Origin: a virus
DNA length: 64,000 nucleotides
Strand: one strand, 5' to 3'
Virus genome (UHGV): UHGV-0098755
Positions 51,258-61,771 of the stretch are shown piece after piece (positions within the stretch are counted from its first letter, which is position 1; the number at the start of each line of letters is the position of its first letter). The notes under the pieces were generated by a model. That model was not told where the DNA came from. It made no database searches and was given only the letters and a program-made list of their open reading frames with translations. Position numbers and translations under genes: made by a program.

Positions 51258-51800
51258 TTAATTTAAAATAGCTACCACCGCACTACGAGGTACTACACTA
51301 AAATCACCTGCATGAACAACGTTCAGAAGTTCAACACCATCTTCAATCCATTGGTCTGTTACCCAACCACAGACCGAAATAAATGGAGTCTTGATAGCTA
51401 CTGCATGAGTCAAAAGGTCAGTAGGATCGCATTCTTGAAAGAGGATAAGCTCTGCTTCAAAGACTATAGTTTTAATTACTTCATCATTATCTAAGCGATG
51501 TGCTCGAATCACGTAAGCTTTATTCTTATCATACCAGTTACTTTTTGAAAAGCTTTTAACCACAAACTCGCCTTCACCAAAAGCATTAGTCAATGCTTTA
51601 TAACCCAAATTTAGTTCAGTAGTTTTAATTTCAGTTTCAACCAGTTTGTAGGTTTTGCCAATTTCGATGGTCCGAGCAGTCATAAATGTTTCCTTAATTT
51701 CTAATGGTTTAACAAGAGTGCCGTACATGCTTGCTATATCCATATCAAACGGTTTATCTACAGGATTCGGTGTGTATTCAGGATTATAATTAAATTTCAT
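51258..51800 (-). CDS. MotB paralog (180 aa), motB.1-like
   Basis: C-terminal GWVTDQWIEDGVELLNVV homologous to the preceding ORF. Confidence 0.6.
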   Translation of the reverse strand: MKFNYNPEYTPNPVDKPFDMDIASMYGTLVKPLEIKETFMTARTIEIGKTYKLVETEIKTTELNLGYKALTNAFGEGEFVVKSFSKSNWYDKNKAYVIRAHRLDNDEVIKTIVFEAELILFQECDPTDLLTHAVAIKTPFISVCGWVTDQWIEDGVELLNVVHAGDFSVVPRSAVVAILN

Positions 51801-51802
51801 AA

Positions 51803-52342
51803 TTATCTCATTTCAATAAAATCTACGAGTTCAGCATGCGATTTGCGGAACATTACTTGGTGCCCACCAATGATAACTTCATCTTCAGGAACTTCGTATA
51901 CAGCGAGATAAAATCCTTTAGAAGATAATTCTTCCCGTTCTTCTCGCGTGAACCATCTCATCATATCATATTCGCTAGCGAAAGCAAAATGATAAAGACC
52001 TATAAACCATCCTGGAATATGATATTCTACTCCAACATAATCTTTCTTGAACTTAGTATTAATTACTATATTAGCGTTTTTAACTAATAGTTTATCTTCG
52101 TGTGGTAAAGGAATTCTTTTATTATTATCGCTATGATGCATAAAATTAGGTCTGTCATAACCTACGTGTAATAGCCACTCTTCGCTCCATGAATCTATTA
52201 TACTCCTGTACGGCGTTATTTGAACACAAAGATTTCGACGTATTGTTATAGCATCTTCATAATCAAGAATACTAAACGATGATTCAACACGATAAATTTT
52301 CATTTTATTATCCTCAGTAGCTATGGTGTTATAATACCACAA
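51803..52342 (-). CDS. hypothetical protein (179 aa), motB.2-like
   Basis: ORF track. Confidence 0.6.
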   Translation of the reverse strand: MWYYNTIATEDNKMKIYRVESSFSILDYEDAITIRRNLCVQITPYRSIIDSWSEEWLLHVGYDRPNFMHHSDNNKRIPLPHEDKLLVKNANIVINTKFKKDYVGVEYHIPGWFIGLYHFAFASEYDMMRWFTREEREELSSKGFYLAVYEVPEDEVIIGGHQVMFRKSHAELVDFIEMR

Positions 52343-52366
52343 CTAACCGAGGAAGTAAACAACTTT

Positions 52367-53050
52367 TTATCGTTTTGTTGGAAGAGACAGAGGATCGCAT
52401 TCTTCCTCTGACGGAGCGTCTTCAAGACCCATAGCATATCGCAAAGCATACTTCATCATCAGGATGTCTTTCGCACAGTCATGAATAGAATCATGCGCAA
52501 CGAATCCATCTAAAGTTCCTTTTGGAAGAGGACACGTGGTCATATCACGAACAAGCAGAAGTGCTTCAATTCTGGTACGAATATCACGCTGATTCCAGAA
52601 TTTACATGGTTCTAACTTAAATGTGTCAAGTTCATTCTCGGAAACGCCGTTAAGACGTTGAATATCACGAATGAGATCGACTAAAATTGGAAAATCAAAC
52701 GACATTCCACGGCACCAGCCTTGAGATTTCCAAGGATCGATGTTATGTGCATTGATGTAATCATTAAATTTTGCAATACCATCGATAGTGCTTACATCTT
52801 CATCTGATGGCGCAATATTTTTTCGAGCTTCAGGAGACTGATTTTTCCACCATTCGATAGTGCTTTTAGTAAAAAGACGATGTCCTTTTTGACTTTTTAA
52901 ATCAAATTTGATTTTAATGCCGCGCGAAACTAATTCATCAAATGATTCAACCACTTCTGGGTTAGGGTCAAAGGCAATAACAGCCAAATCAATAACAGCT
53001 GCTTTTTCACCGCTTCCCATTGTTTCAAAATCTATAATAAAATCAAACAT
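52367..53050 (-). CDS. dexA: exonuclease A (DnaQ-like 3'-5' exonuclease)
   Basis: 227 aa, MFDFIIDFETMGSGEKAAVIDLAVIAF... with the DxE exonuclease motif. Confidence 0.9.
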   Translation of the reverse strand: MFDFIIDFETMGSGEKAAVIDLAVIAFDPNPEVVESFDELVSRGIKIKFDLKSQKGHRLFTKSTIEWWKNQSPEARKNIAPSDEDVSTIDGIAKFNDYINAHNIDPWKSQGWCRGMSFDFPILVDLIRDIQRLNGVSENELDTFKLEPCKFWNQRDIRTRIEALLLVRDMTTCPLPKGTLDGFVAHDSIHDCAKDILMMKYALRYAMGLEDAPSEEECDPLSLPTKR

Positions 53051-53292
53051 TAAATTTTCCTTGCTAAATCGCGAATTTGACCTACAGTATAATCTTGGAT
53101 ATAAACTTTATTAATGGGCTCATCAATAAATTTTGCCATAGATTCAATATCTTTTTGTATCTCTTCAAGACTGTATACTATCTTTGAAGCTTTTTCGCGA
53201 ATAGTAACATTATCAGGTCCTGGATTTTCCTCAATGACAGCTTTAACATTTGTCATAAGAGATTTAAACTGATGTAAACTTAATTCAATCAT
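53050..53292 (-). CDS. hypothetical protein (80 aa), dexA.1-like
   Basis: ORF track; paralogous to the next ORF. Confidence 0.55.
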   Translation of the reverse strand: MIELSLHQFKSLMTNVKAVIEENPGPDNVTIREKASKIVYSLEEIQKDIESMAKFIDEPINKVYIQDYTVGQIRDLARKI

Positions 53293-53545
53293 TAATAACC
53301 GCCTTATAAAGATGGCTAATTTCGCCTAAAATATAATCACTGATTGTAACAGTTTTCACTTCACCACAAAAGAATTCTAACGCAATCAAATCTCGTTCAA
53401 TTTCTTCCAATTGAAGCATTAACTTGCCTGATTCAATTTTTACATTTCTGCGATTTTTACTATAAGCTATTTCATATATTTCGCTCACTTTATCTTGAAG
53501 TAGATAAAACTGGTCTTTAGTTATTTCCACGAATAGCTTCCTCAA
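53285..53545 (-). CDS. hypothetical protein (86 aa), dexA.2-like
   Basis: ORF track. Confidence 0.55.
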   Translation of the reverse strand: MRKLFVEITKDQFYLLQDKVSEIYEIAYSKNRRNVKIESGKLMLQLEEIERDLIALEFFCGEVKTVTISDYILGEISHLYKAVIND

Positions 53546-53551
53546 ATTTAA

Positions 53552-54871
53552 TCATACATAAAACACATCATAACGACCGCGTGTTACACCAACATAAAGA
53601 AGCTGTTGAGCCAATTCAGCGTCTGCATAATGAATACAGGGTGTATAGATGAAAGCACGGTCTACAGACATACCCTGTGCTTTATGGAATGTTGACGCAG
53701 GAAGTGCTTTCACTTTACTAAATTGTGATTTAGCATCCCAAAAATCACTCCATGGAGCCTTTCCGCCTTTATTCCAATTTTTGTAAGTTTCTGCCGTTTT
53801 ACCTAAAAATAAGTTAAACTTATACAGCTCTTCATCAGATGAAATTATTTTAATCTTTTCACGATAATATTCATCATCGCCGTAAGTTTCTACTGTTAAA
53901 TCCCAATGACGAATTAGATATTCTCCAGGAACACCACGAGCTTTAACAAATGTTGATGTATACTCTGCTTCTATAATACGAACTAATTGCCCGTTATTAA
54001 AAATAATTTCTGACACAGGCTTTCCATCAATTTTATATGTTTTAATTAATGGTTCCTGCATTACAATAATTTCACCGACAATAAAATCTTTATCAGTTTC
54101 AAAAATCTTTTTACGAATAATGCTATTTAACTTATCAACAGATTTATTCGTAAATGCCATTACACGATTTTCAAACAAATCATCTAGTGATTTGACGATT
54201 GAAAAATAATTTACCATAAAATCGCGTAAAGCGGTATCACCAGTAAATCCACGTACTCCATGCCCGTCAACAATTTTATCATAAATCCACTTACCGTTAC
54301 GAACATCAGTAGCTACATCAATAATAGGAGCATTACTGCGTTTAACTTCAGTGAGTTCACACTGATAAAAGTCTTTGTGTGTAAAGAATGGACTGATATA
54401 AGCAGTGTTTTCTCCTGGGTCAACAGGTCTAATTTGCTTATTATCACCTATTCCAATTATAGTACACCACGATGGAATAGTTGAAAGCAGAATTTTAAAT
54501 AGCTTTCTATCATACATTGACACTTCGTCGCAGATTAATACTCTGCATTTAGCCAAATCTGGTACTTCTTTTTGTTCAAAAAGAACGTTTTCTTCGTATG
54601 TTACTGGGTTAATTTTGAGAATACTGTGAATAGTACTCGCTTCTTTCCCTGATAGTTTTGAAAGAATCTTTTTAGCTGCATGTGTAGGAGCTGCTAAAAT
54701 AATGCCAGTTTCGCCTGTAGATATTAAAGCTTCAATGATGAACTTAGTAAGAGTAGTCTTACCAGTACCGGCAGGTCCATTAATAGTTACATGATGTTTC
54801 TTTTCTTTGATAGCCCTCATAACGATGTTAAAGGCATTTTTCTGGCCTTTTGTCAAATCATCAAATGTCAT
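53552..54871 (-). CDS. dda: Dda DNA helicase (SF1B)
   Basis: 439 aa; Walker A GPAGTGKTT; MTFDDLTKGQKNAFNIVMRAIKEKKHHVTINGPAGTGKT. Confidence 0.95.
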   Translation of the reverse strand: MTFDDLTKGQKNAFNIVMRAIKEKKHHVTINGPAGTGKTTLTKFIIEALISTGETGIILAAPTHAAKKILSKLSGKEASTIHSILKINPVTYEENVLFEQKEVPDLAKCRVLICDEVSMYDRKLFKILLSTIPSWCTIIGIGDNKQIRPVDPGENTAYISPFFTHKDFYQCELTEVKRSNAPIIDVATDVRNGKWIYDKIVDGHGVRGFTGDTALRDFMVNYFSIVKSLDDLFENRVMAFTNKSVDKLNSIIRKKIFETDKDFIVGEIIVMQEPLIKTYKIDGKPVSEIIFNNGQLVRIIEAEYTSTFVKARGVPGEYLIRHWDLTVETYGDDEYYREKIKIISSDEELYKFNLFLGKTAETYKNWNKGGKAPWSDFWDAKSQFSKVKALPASTFHKAQGMSVDRAFIYTPCIHYADAELAQQLLYVGVTRGRYDVFYV

Positions 54872-55179
54872 CGTAAATTCCCTGCAATTGGTATACTAAC
54901 AATACGCCCAGTATCTAAAATTCGCTGATATAATCTTTGTGTGTCTACATCAGGCTTAACATGTTTAACTTCTATTTTATTAAACCAAAACTTGCGTGGA
55001 GTCTCAACTAATCTCGGAATTCCCATACCTAAAGCTAGTTGATACTGCTCTTTAAGAGTAGTAAATACTTTATCAGCAATCTCCCTTTCAAAAAATACAG
55101 CAGGGCGATGTTCATCAAGAGGAACAGGCACCGCAAATCCATCTTTATCTCTATACACTATCGCATATACATAAAACAT
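54868..55179 (-). CDS. hypothetical protein (103 aa), dda.1-like
   Basis: ORF track. Confidence 0.55.
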   Translation of the reverse strand: MFYVYAIVYRDKDGFAVPVPLDEHRPAVFFEREIADKVFTTLKEQYQLALGMGIPRLVETPRKFWFNKIEVKHVKPDVDTQRLYQRILDTGRIVSIPIAGNLR

Positions 55180-55180
55180 A

Positions 55181-55927
55181 TTATCCTCGGATAAGTTTAA
55201 AAATTGAACAATTTAGCGGGTATCCTCTTTTCAGTTTAAGTTTATCAATAAAAGACAAATTTTGATACCGCTCTACACCTTGAATAATTTTATCACACAT
55301 ATCATATTGCATTTCTGCTTCTGACAACTTTTTCACAGTTTTCCAATCCGAGCCTTTAAGAAGAACGTTCAGTTTAACAACTTCAGCGCCTTCTGCTATA
55401 CGAGAACCATCAATACGAGCTTTGAGTGCTATAATCGTTAGCTTAACGTCAGAGGTTTGTTTTGATTTAGAAAGCTGGGAAATGTGCTCAATTCGGTTTT
55501 CGCGTTTTTTCTGTATAGCTTTAATTTGATTATAAGTCTTTTTGATTTTAGCCCATTTCTTTTCATCTAAATTTAGTTTATGAACTTTTTTCGCAGATGA
55601 ACGACCAATTCGCAAAGCAAATAAATCACGCTTTTCAATCAACTCTTCTAAAGTATAATCAGAACGAAACGTATTATACTTTTTCTTTACTGCAATAACA
55701 TTCCCTTTAATGTATCCAACGTTATTATCAAAACGTTCTAATGATAATTTCTCTCCTTCAATACGATTATCAAAAGGTTCTCCCGAGTAAGCACAAACTT
55801 TCTGATCTAAAATGTTCTTAATGTAATTGAAGTCTAAGTTAAAATCTTTAGAACGTCTTTTAGCAGATGCCTGAGTATGCTCTAGACGACGTTTAATTTT
55901 ACGAATTTGATTATTAGTCAGTTTCAT
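55181..55927 (-). CDS. basic lysine-rich protein (248 aa), possibly Srd-like by position
   Basis: ORF track; located between dda.1 and modA as srd is in T4; the name is uncertain. Confidence 0.5.
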   Translation of the reverse strand: MKLTNNQIRKIKRRLEHTQASAKRRSKDFNLDFNYIKNILDQKVCAYSGEPFDNRIEGEKLSLERFDNNVGYIKGNVIAVKKKYNTFRSDYTLEELIEKRDLFALRIGRSSAKKVHKLNLDEKKWAKIKKTYNQIKAIQKKRENRIEHISQLSKSKQTSDVKLTIIALKARIDGSRIAEGAEVVKLNVLLKGSDWKTVKKLSEAEMQYDMCDKIIQGVERYQNLSFIDKLKLKRGYPLNCSIFKLIRG

Positions 55928-55956
55928 ATTTTTCTCACGGACGGTTGACTACTTAT

Positions 55957-55986
55957 ACTATAACATTTTTACTTCAGGTTGTAAAC
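55957..55986 (-). promoter_or_regulatory. putative early promoter (-35 GTTTAC, 18-nt spacer, -10 TATAGT)
   Basis: gtaaac at 55981-55986, actata at 55957-55962. Confidence 0.5.
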
Positions 55987-56043
55987 AACTTTATGTAAAA
56001 ATGCTTTAAAAATTTCATGGTATAATGAATCTAAGTCCTTCCA

Positions 56044-56646
56044 TTATAGATTAAATCCTTCAAAATCAAGAGTATAGATAGTGTATGTTGAATACTTTTT
56101 GTACTCATATCTATCTGCAATTCTAAATACACTTCCAGCTGGTATCATTACTTCTTGTTCATCTGAAACTAATTCCATATTACGATAGCGATGGCTATCC
56201 GGAAACTTAAAACTTGGACTATATTCTTTACAACGTAGAGCTTTTATAGCATACTCCTGGAAATTAAATACCATAGGAGCTTTGAATTCAAAAATAACTT
56301 GTGTATTGTATTCTAATCCAGAAGCAAAATGTAGAGCTATATTTTTATCATATGAAGCTGATACTACTTTATCAAATGTAATAATATCAATTCCTTGATT
56401 TAACACCTGCTTAGTTTCAACTGGAACACCTCTCCAAAGAGGTTTATCGTTTGGAACCAAACGAGATTTGATTATTTCATTTAACCAAGAATGATCGTCT
56501 GGCTTATTAGTAATACAATGAATTAAAAGTTCAATTTCGGATAAATTAAACCCTTCAGAAAGTAATTCTTCACGAATAGAAGCACGCACCGATGCATCCA
56601 TTGATTTTATTTTAAAATCTTTTAGTTGCATTACTGAGTATTTCAT
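56044..56646 (-). CDS. modA: ADP-ribosyltransferase ModA
   Basis: 200 aa; ART-type EQE motif (SDEQEVMIPAGS); tandem with a 207-aa paralog. Confidence 0.8.
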   Translation of the reverse strand: MKYSVMQLKDFKIKSMDASVRASIREELLSEGFNLSEIELLIHCITNKPDDHSWLNEIIKSRLVPNDKPLWRGVPVETKQVLNQGIDIITFDKVVSASYDKNIALHFASGLEYNTQVIFEFKAPMVFNFQEYAIKALRCKEYSPSFKFPDSHRYRNMELVSDEQEVMIPAGSVFRIADRYEYKKYSTYTIYTLDFEGFNL

Positions 56647-57266
56647 TCAACTACCTCAATATCATAAACTTTAAATGTTCCAAATGAATCGTGTAATTTT
56701 TCTTTTGAAATAGAAGTTATTCTATACTTTCCAATTGGAATCATCCATTCTTGTTCACGCACAATCATCATTAAGTTATCAGTACGCTCTGAATCTAGCC
56801 CATCAGTATCTTCATACGTGTACTTGAACTCAGTATTAGGAGAAGAAAGTATAATATCGCTGATATGGTCAGAATAATTAAAAGCTTTATCAGTTTTTAA
56901 GCGGAATATTATTTTAGTAAAATATTCAGCATAAGAAAAAGAACATGCTGTGAGTAAACTAGTAGTAAATGAATCTACCCTGTTCGTTGAAAACACTTCT
57001 CCAACTTGTAAATCTTTAATAAGTTCTTTTGTCGATTTTGATATACCACGATATAACTGATAAGGCGATTTAGTTAAATGCTTTTTAATGATTTTATTCA
57101 ACTGCCGATGAAGAGCTTCATTCTTTTTGGCTTCCATACATTGCCAAAGAACAGACTGCTCAAAGTCAGTAAATTTTTCACAGACCTTTTTATACATATC
57201 ATATTGAAAATCAACGCTTTCAGCTTTTATAGATAACTGTTCAACATCTGCAAGATTAATAATCAT
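56643..57266 (-). CDS. modB: ADP-ribosyltransferase ModB
   Basis: 207 aa; EQE motif (VREQEWMIPIGK); paralog of the preceding ORF. Confidence 0.8.
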   Translation of the reverse strand: MIINLADVEQLSIKAESVDFQYDMYKKVCEKFTDFEQSVLWQCMEAKKNEALHRQLNKIIKKHLTKSPYQLYRGISKSTKELIKDLQVGEVFSTNRVDSFTTSLLTACSFSYAEYFTKIIFRLKTDKAFNYSDHISDIILSSPNTEFKYTYEDTDGLDSERTDNLMMIVREQEWMIPIGKYRITSISKEKLHDSFGTFKVYDIEVVE

Positions 57267-57333
57267 GATAGCCTCCGTATACTTCAGAAGCTATCATATC
57301 ATCGTTAGAAAGGAAAGTAAACAACTTTTTGAA

Positions 57334-57516
57334 TTATTTTGCCCAGGGAGCCCAGGGCGGAGGGTCAAGATGGTATGAAGCTAGTTCTTCTAGAAGAGCA
57401 TCTGGGGCTTCAATTCCATAATTCTGTAATACTATACGGTACTCTTTCTTATAATCACTGGAATCATTCTGGATATTCGTAGAATGATTATCTTCTAACA
57501 TCTCAAATAAATCCAT
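57334..57516 (-). CDS. hypothetical protein (60 aa)
   Basis: ORF track. Confidence 0.45.
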   Translation of the reverse strand: MDLFEMLEDNHSTNIQNDSSDYKKEYRIVLQNYGIEAPDALLEELASYHLDPPPWAPWAK

Positions 57517-57524
57517 ATTAATTC

Positions 57525-57995
57525 CTAGCGATAAAAACCAAAATGACGATTAGCTTCAGCAATCTTTCTTTCTTCTTCGGACATTCTCCAGCGTAGTCCA
57601 ACATCAAAATGAGCCCAGACCATCCTAACAAATGCATTTATATCTTTAATATCTTCAATAATGAATGTTTTACTTTTAGAAGGTTGACTCGCTAATTTAA
57701 CTTTATCGTCTTCAAACAGGTCAAAAAGACCATATTCATGAGCTCTTTTATAGCCTTTAATAGTTAAAGCTTCAGAAGAAGAAAACGGTGAATCAGTATT
57801 CTGCAAAATATCTTCAGTATGCTTTATAATTAGAATAACATTTTCTGGATATTTTCTTTCTTTTATATCTTTAATTAAAATATCCGGATTTTCTGCTAAA
57901 GGAATAATTAATGAGCACTCTTTATCAAGTGTATTTACCGATTTACCTTCTTTAGACATAAATTCTATTGAATAATGTTTTGCTACTTCAATCAT
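57525..57995 (-). CDS. hypothetical protein (156 aa)
   Basis: ORF track. Confidence 0.6.
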   Translation of the reverse strand: MIEVAKHYSIEFMSKEGKSVNTLDKECSLIIPLAENPDILIKDIKERKYPENVILIIKHTEDILQNTDSPFSSSEALTIKGYKRAHEYGLFDLFEDDKVKLASQPSKSKTFIIEDIKDINAFVRMVWAHFDVGLRWRMSEEERKIAEANRHFGFYR

Positions 57996-58152
57996 GTGAT
58001 TTCCTCTTGCCTACTAATGGGCCGTCAGGAATTTTGTTTTCCTGGATATATTTCTCATTTTCTTCCATCATTTTACTGCCAATTTTAAGAAGCAAATCCA
58101 TTGCTTCATTTGCTTTAGCCTTGGCCTCTTCTAACGTCATGTTCTTGTTCAT
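57988..58152 (-). CDS. small hypothetical protein (54 aa), below ORF-track cut-off
   Basis: [34 protein letters not shown]...; start and stop both overlap neighbours (ATGA). Confidence 0.45.
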   Translation of the reverse strand: MNKNMTLEEAKAKANEAMDLLLKIGSKMMEENEKYIQENKIPDGPLVGKRKSHD

Positions 58153-58352
58153 GATTTATCACCGTAAATATCTCTCATCAATTTAAGCGCTGAGCGTTCT
58201 AATTTCTTTTCTTTCTCGGCACTAATCATTGATTTCATCCATTCTTCTGATTCGTTCTGCATTTCTTTATTTGCCTGTTCAACCCAACCATCATCAATAT
58301 ACATTGAGTTTGGTCTATTGAACCATTCAAGCATCTTCTTCAGAACTTTCAT
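58149..58352 (-). CDS. hypothetical protein (67 aa), possibly srh-like
   Basis: ORF track; position. Confidence 0.5.
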   Translation of the reverse strand: MKVLKKMLEWFNRPNSMYIDDGWVEQANKEMQNESEEWMKSMISAEKEKKLERSALKLMRDIYGDKS

Positions 58353-58824
58353 TTATTTTACCTAAAACAATAGTAGGAGCATAGTCAAATTTATGAATTT
58401 TTAGCAAATTTGGGTTTAAATTATTCCATAAAGAGGTAATAAAATATGATAACGCATTTTCTTCTGTAATTATAAATTTATTTCCCTTATCTATTTTCCA
58501 GTCATATATTGAATCATATGAATATAATGGCAACGGTTTATTGTTATAATATGCTTCGGCAACATCAATATAGTTAGATTTAGTAAATGCTTGAATTGAC
58601 ATAAATGGAGAATTTCGTACAGTTTCAATAATACCAATCTTTTTAAGTTTTATTTCAACATCTTCTGGAACTGGCATTGAAATAAAATCTTCTACTAGAT
58701 ACATGTTATTATCATATCTTTTATCAATCATTACTGCTACTGTAATTGGAATATCTTTAGCAAACGCCATGCTATCACTGCTAATATACATTTCAAACAA
58801 AATCGCTTCCATAATTTTCCTCAA
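58327..58824 (-). CDS. hypothetical protein (165 aa), possibly mrh-like
   Basis: ORF track; position. Confidence 0.55.
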   Translation of the reverse strand: MRKIMEAILFEMYISSDSMAFAKDIPITVAVMIDKRYDNNMYLVEDFISMPVPEDVEIKLKKIGIIETVRNSPFMSIQAFTKSNYIDVAEAYYNNKPLPLYSYDSIYDWKIDKGNKFIITEENALSYFITSLWNNLNPNLLKIHKFDYAPTIVLGKINESSEEDA

Positions 58825-59162
58825 TCACAAGATGTAGATGAACAACCAGAATCACAAGAACTTCCACATGAATCGCCCGTCCATACATGAACAGGAACAT
58901 TAGTATCATATAAATCAGAACTAGACTGTGTATTCTGCGTATTAGATGATGTAGTAGGTGTTGACCAGCGCCAAGGATTTTTATAATATTCTTGGGCTTC
59001 TTCATAAGTCATAGTAACTGCTTCTACTGTTCCATCTCCCATATAAACATATTCAACTACAGTTAAAGGAAGGTAGTCATTTGAAATAGGAACTACACCT
59101 TCCCCAGGAACTGTAGAGAAAAAATCCGTAAAGAAACTTTTAAACCAATTAAAGATAAACAT
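58821..59162 (-). CDS. hypothetical protein (113 aa) with Cys/Ser-rich C-terminal tail
   Basis: C-terminus [20 protein letters not shown]. Confidence 0.6.
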   Translation of the reverse strand: MFIFNWFKSFFTDFFSTVPGEGVVPISNDYLPLTVVEYVYMGDGTVEAVTMTYEEAQEYYKNPWRWSTPTTSSNTQNTQSSSDLYDTNVPVHVWTGDSCGSSCDSGCSSTSCD

Positions 59163-59368
59163 TACAAAAAGCCTCTTTTGAATTCGACTTGCTTTTCACC
59201 ATAATCATATCGAATCTCTGCATTAAATTCGACAGAACCATCTGCGTACATCATAAATGAATGCACAACAACTTCTGTAGACCATGGTTGCAATTCATAT
59301 TTCTTCATTACATGCCGTGAAATGATAATATCTAAATCTTCATTTGGTTTAATCCAGCGATTTAACAT
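59162..59368 (-). CDS. hypothetical protein (68 aa)
   Basis: ORF track; first gene after the promoter at 59395-59424. Confidence 0.55.
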   Translation of the reverse strand: MLNRWIKPNEDLDIIISRHVMKKYELQPWSTEVVVHSFMMYADGSVEFNAEIRYDYGEKQVEFKRGFL

Positions 59369-59394
59369 AGTGCTCTCCTCTATAAGATAATTCT

Positions 59395-59424
59395 ATTATA
59401 CCACACTCATTTTGATATGTAAAC
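59395..59424 (-). promoter_or_regulatory. early promoter (-35 GTTTAC, 18-nt spacer, extended -10 TGGTATAAT)
   Basis: gtaaac at 59419-59424, attata at 59395-59400 preceded by cc (TGG on the minus strand). Confidence 0.6.
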
Positions 59425-59434
59425 TGCAAAAACG

Positions 59435-59459
59435 AAAAAAGGAACCCCGAAGGATTCCT
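59435..59459 (-). terminator. intrinsic terminator after soc (AGGAAUCC-UUCG-GGGUUCCU plus U-tract)
   Basis: Hairpin 59440-59459, A-run 59435-59440 on the plus strand. Confidence 0.55.
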
Positions 59460-59467
59460 TAAATTAT

Positions 59468-59725
59468 TTAACCACCAATACCTGGAGTTGGCGTAACAGT
59501 CCAAAGACCTTCATTTGCAGTAATCCAATCAGCACGCTGATTTTCTTCATATACTGTTGAATATGCTGCTTTTTCTGAAGGAAATGTCTGATAATGAGCC
59601 CCAGAAATTTTGTGAACATCAGAATAAAGAGGGAAAGCTACAGAAATTTCTTTACCCTGAATTTTACCACCGTTAACTGCTTGGTCAAATGTTTTAATAT
59701 TAACATAACCGCGAGTACTAGCCAT
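59468..59725 (-). CDS. soc: small outer capsid protein Soc
   Basis: 85 aa, MASTRGYVNIKTFDQ...KEISVAFPLYSDVHKISGAHYQTFPSEKAAYSTVYEENQR. Confidence 0.85.
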   Translation of the reverse strand: MASTRGYVNIKTFDQAVNGGKIQGKEISVAFPLYSDVHKISGAHYQTFPSEKAAYSTVYEENQRADWITANEGLWTVTPTPGIGG

Positions 59726-59741
59726 GTAATTCTCCTTTTAT

Positions 59742-59951
59742 TTAAATTACATGACTATTTATAATAAATTCTCGCGGAACGTTAAAATATCCAATTTTAG
59801 TTAATATAACAACATCACCATTAATAATTACCGGAGAATAATCTTCTGGAGCATTAAATTTCCAATGGGCTCTAATATTATATCCATCAGAACCAAATGC
59901 TCGACTAGCCGGTCTCCCGGCTTTTTGCCATGCGTAGAAATCAAATTTCAT
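59742..59951 (-). CDS. hypothetical protein (69 aa)
   Basis: ORF track; occupies the soc-56 interval. Confidence 0.55.
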   Translation of the reverse strand: MKFDFYAWQKAGRPASRAFGSDGYNIRAHWKFNAPEDYSPVIINGDVVILTKIGYFNVPREFIINSHVI

Positions 59952-60142
59952 TTTGAATGCTCTATAATTAATTTTAAAGCTTCTTCACTGACAAAAATTT
60001 CGTCAGGACCTTCTATAACTTCAACCATATGAAGTTGATTAGTTAAGAGCTCACACACGAGCTCTTTGTTATAATCTTTAAATAGCTGGTCAATACGTTT
60101 CTTATGGGCTTTCTTAAGCTGACGTTTATTTAAACGAGCCAT
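59948..60142 (-). CDS. hypothetical protein (64 aa)
   Basis: ORF track. Confidence 0.55.
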   Translation of the reverse strand: MARLNKRQLKKAHKKRIDQLFKDYNKELVCELLTNQLHMVEVIEGPDEIFVSEEALKLIIEHSK

Positions 60143-60660
60143 TAATAGCCTCGGTCTTGACGAGCGAAATTTTCAGCATTTTTCAGATAATAAAGTTTAA
60201 AGATTTCTTCAGCTGACATTCCAAGAGCAATGAATTTATTCATGAAAAAGTGAAATTGGTCAATTAGTTCAAATTTAATTTCAAGTTGATCTTCAGGAGA
60301 TAAATCTTGAATTTTCTTGGATTGCATTTCAGAATAACGTTTCTTCCAAGGTTTCCATACAGCAGAAGCTTCTTTTTCGCCATTGCTCATACCACCAAGA
60401 GAAGTATATAGCTCGCGAGTTTCGTCTGCGATATAATCGTCTTGGTTTCGCAGCCAAGCAAGAACTTCTCCCGCAGTTTCAAGTGAATCGGGATGACGAT
60501 TTGTTTCTGGTTTATCGTTAGCCAAACGAATCTGTAAATGCCGCTGCATGTCAAGCATAACCTGCAATGGGTCAATACTGTGCATAATATACTCAGCATA
60601 TGCACGATTTGCTTTATCAACACCTTCGATCAAATGAGCACATTCATTAAAGTAAGCCAT
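60142..60660 (-). CDS. 56: dCTP pyrophosphatase gp56 (MazG-like)
   Basis: 172 aa from ATG at 60660 (MAYFNECAHLIEGVDKA...); the track ORF starts 5 codons upstream. Confidence 0.9.
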   Translation of the reverse strand: MAYFNECAHLIEGVDKANRAYAEYIMHSIDPLQVMLDMQRHLQIRLANDKPETNRHPDSLETAGEVLAWLRNQDDYIADETRELYTSLGGMSNGEKEASAVWKPWKKRYSEMQSKKIQDLSPEDQLEIKFELIDQFHFFMNKFIALGMSAEEIFKLYYLKNAENFARQDRGY

Positions 60661-60724
60661 TATTTTTCCTTTCAATTCATCAATAAGTTAAATAATTATA
60701 TCATTTGAATATGTAAGCAATTAA

Positions 60725-61513
<789 letters not shown>

Positions 61514-61540
61514 TCATTTATTGCAGCAAAAACGAATTGT

Positions 61541-61548
61541 GATAAATA
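61541..61548 (+). promoter_or_regulatory. late-promoter-like element GATAAATA (7/8 match to TATAAATA) upstream of the plus-strand small ORF
   Basis: Located 22 nt upstream of the ATG at 61571; AAGGAGG Shine-Dalgarno at 61557-61563. Confidence 0.35.
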
Positions 61549-61570
61549 TTATTTTTAAGGAGGACAGCGC

Positions 61571-61771
61571 ATGGTACAAAAATTAATGGCACTTGTTAAT
61601 GCCATCAAAGGTAATAAAAAACGTATAGCTTTTACTATTTCTGCTATGATAGGAATTTTACTTTGGAATTTTGTTTTATCGCCAGTTGCTATTGCTCATG
61701 GCGTTAGTATTCCAGTAGTTACTCTTGATACATTCGTAGATTTAGCATTTGCTTTAGTTGGGTTAATTTAA
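61571..61771 (+). CDS. small two-helix membrane protein (66 aa) on the plus strand between dam and 61
   Basis: Perfect AAGGAGG Shine-Dalgarno 7 nt before ATG; two hydrophobic segments; no competing minus-strand ORF in the gap; stop overlaps the gene 61 stop. Confidence 0.5.
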   Translation: MVQKLMALVNAIKGNKKRIAFTISAMIGILLWNFVLSPVAIAHGVSIPVVTLDTFVDLAFALVGLI

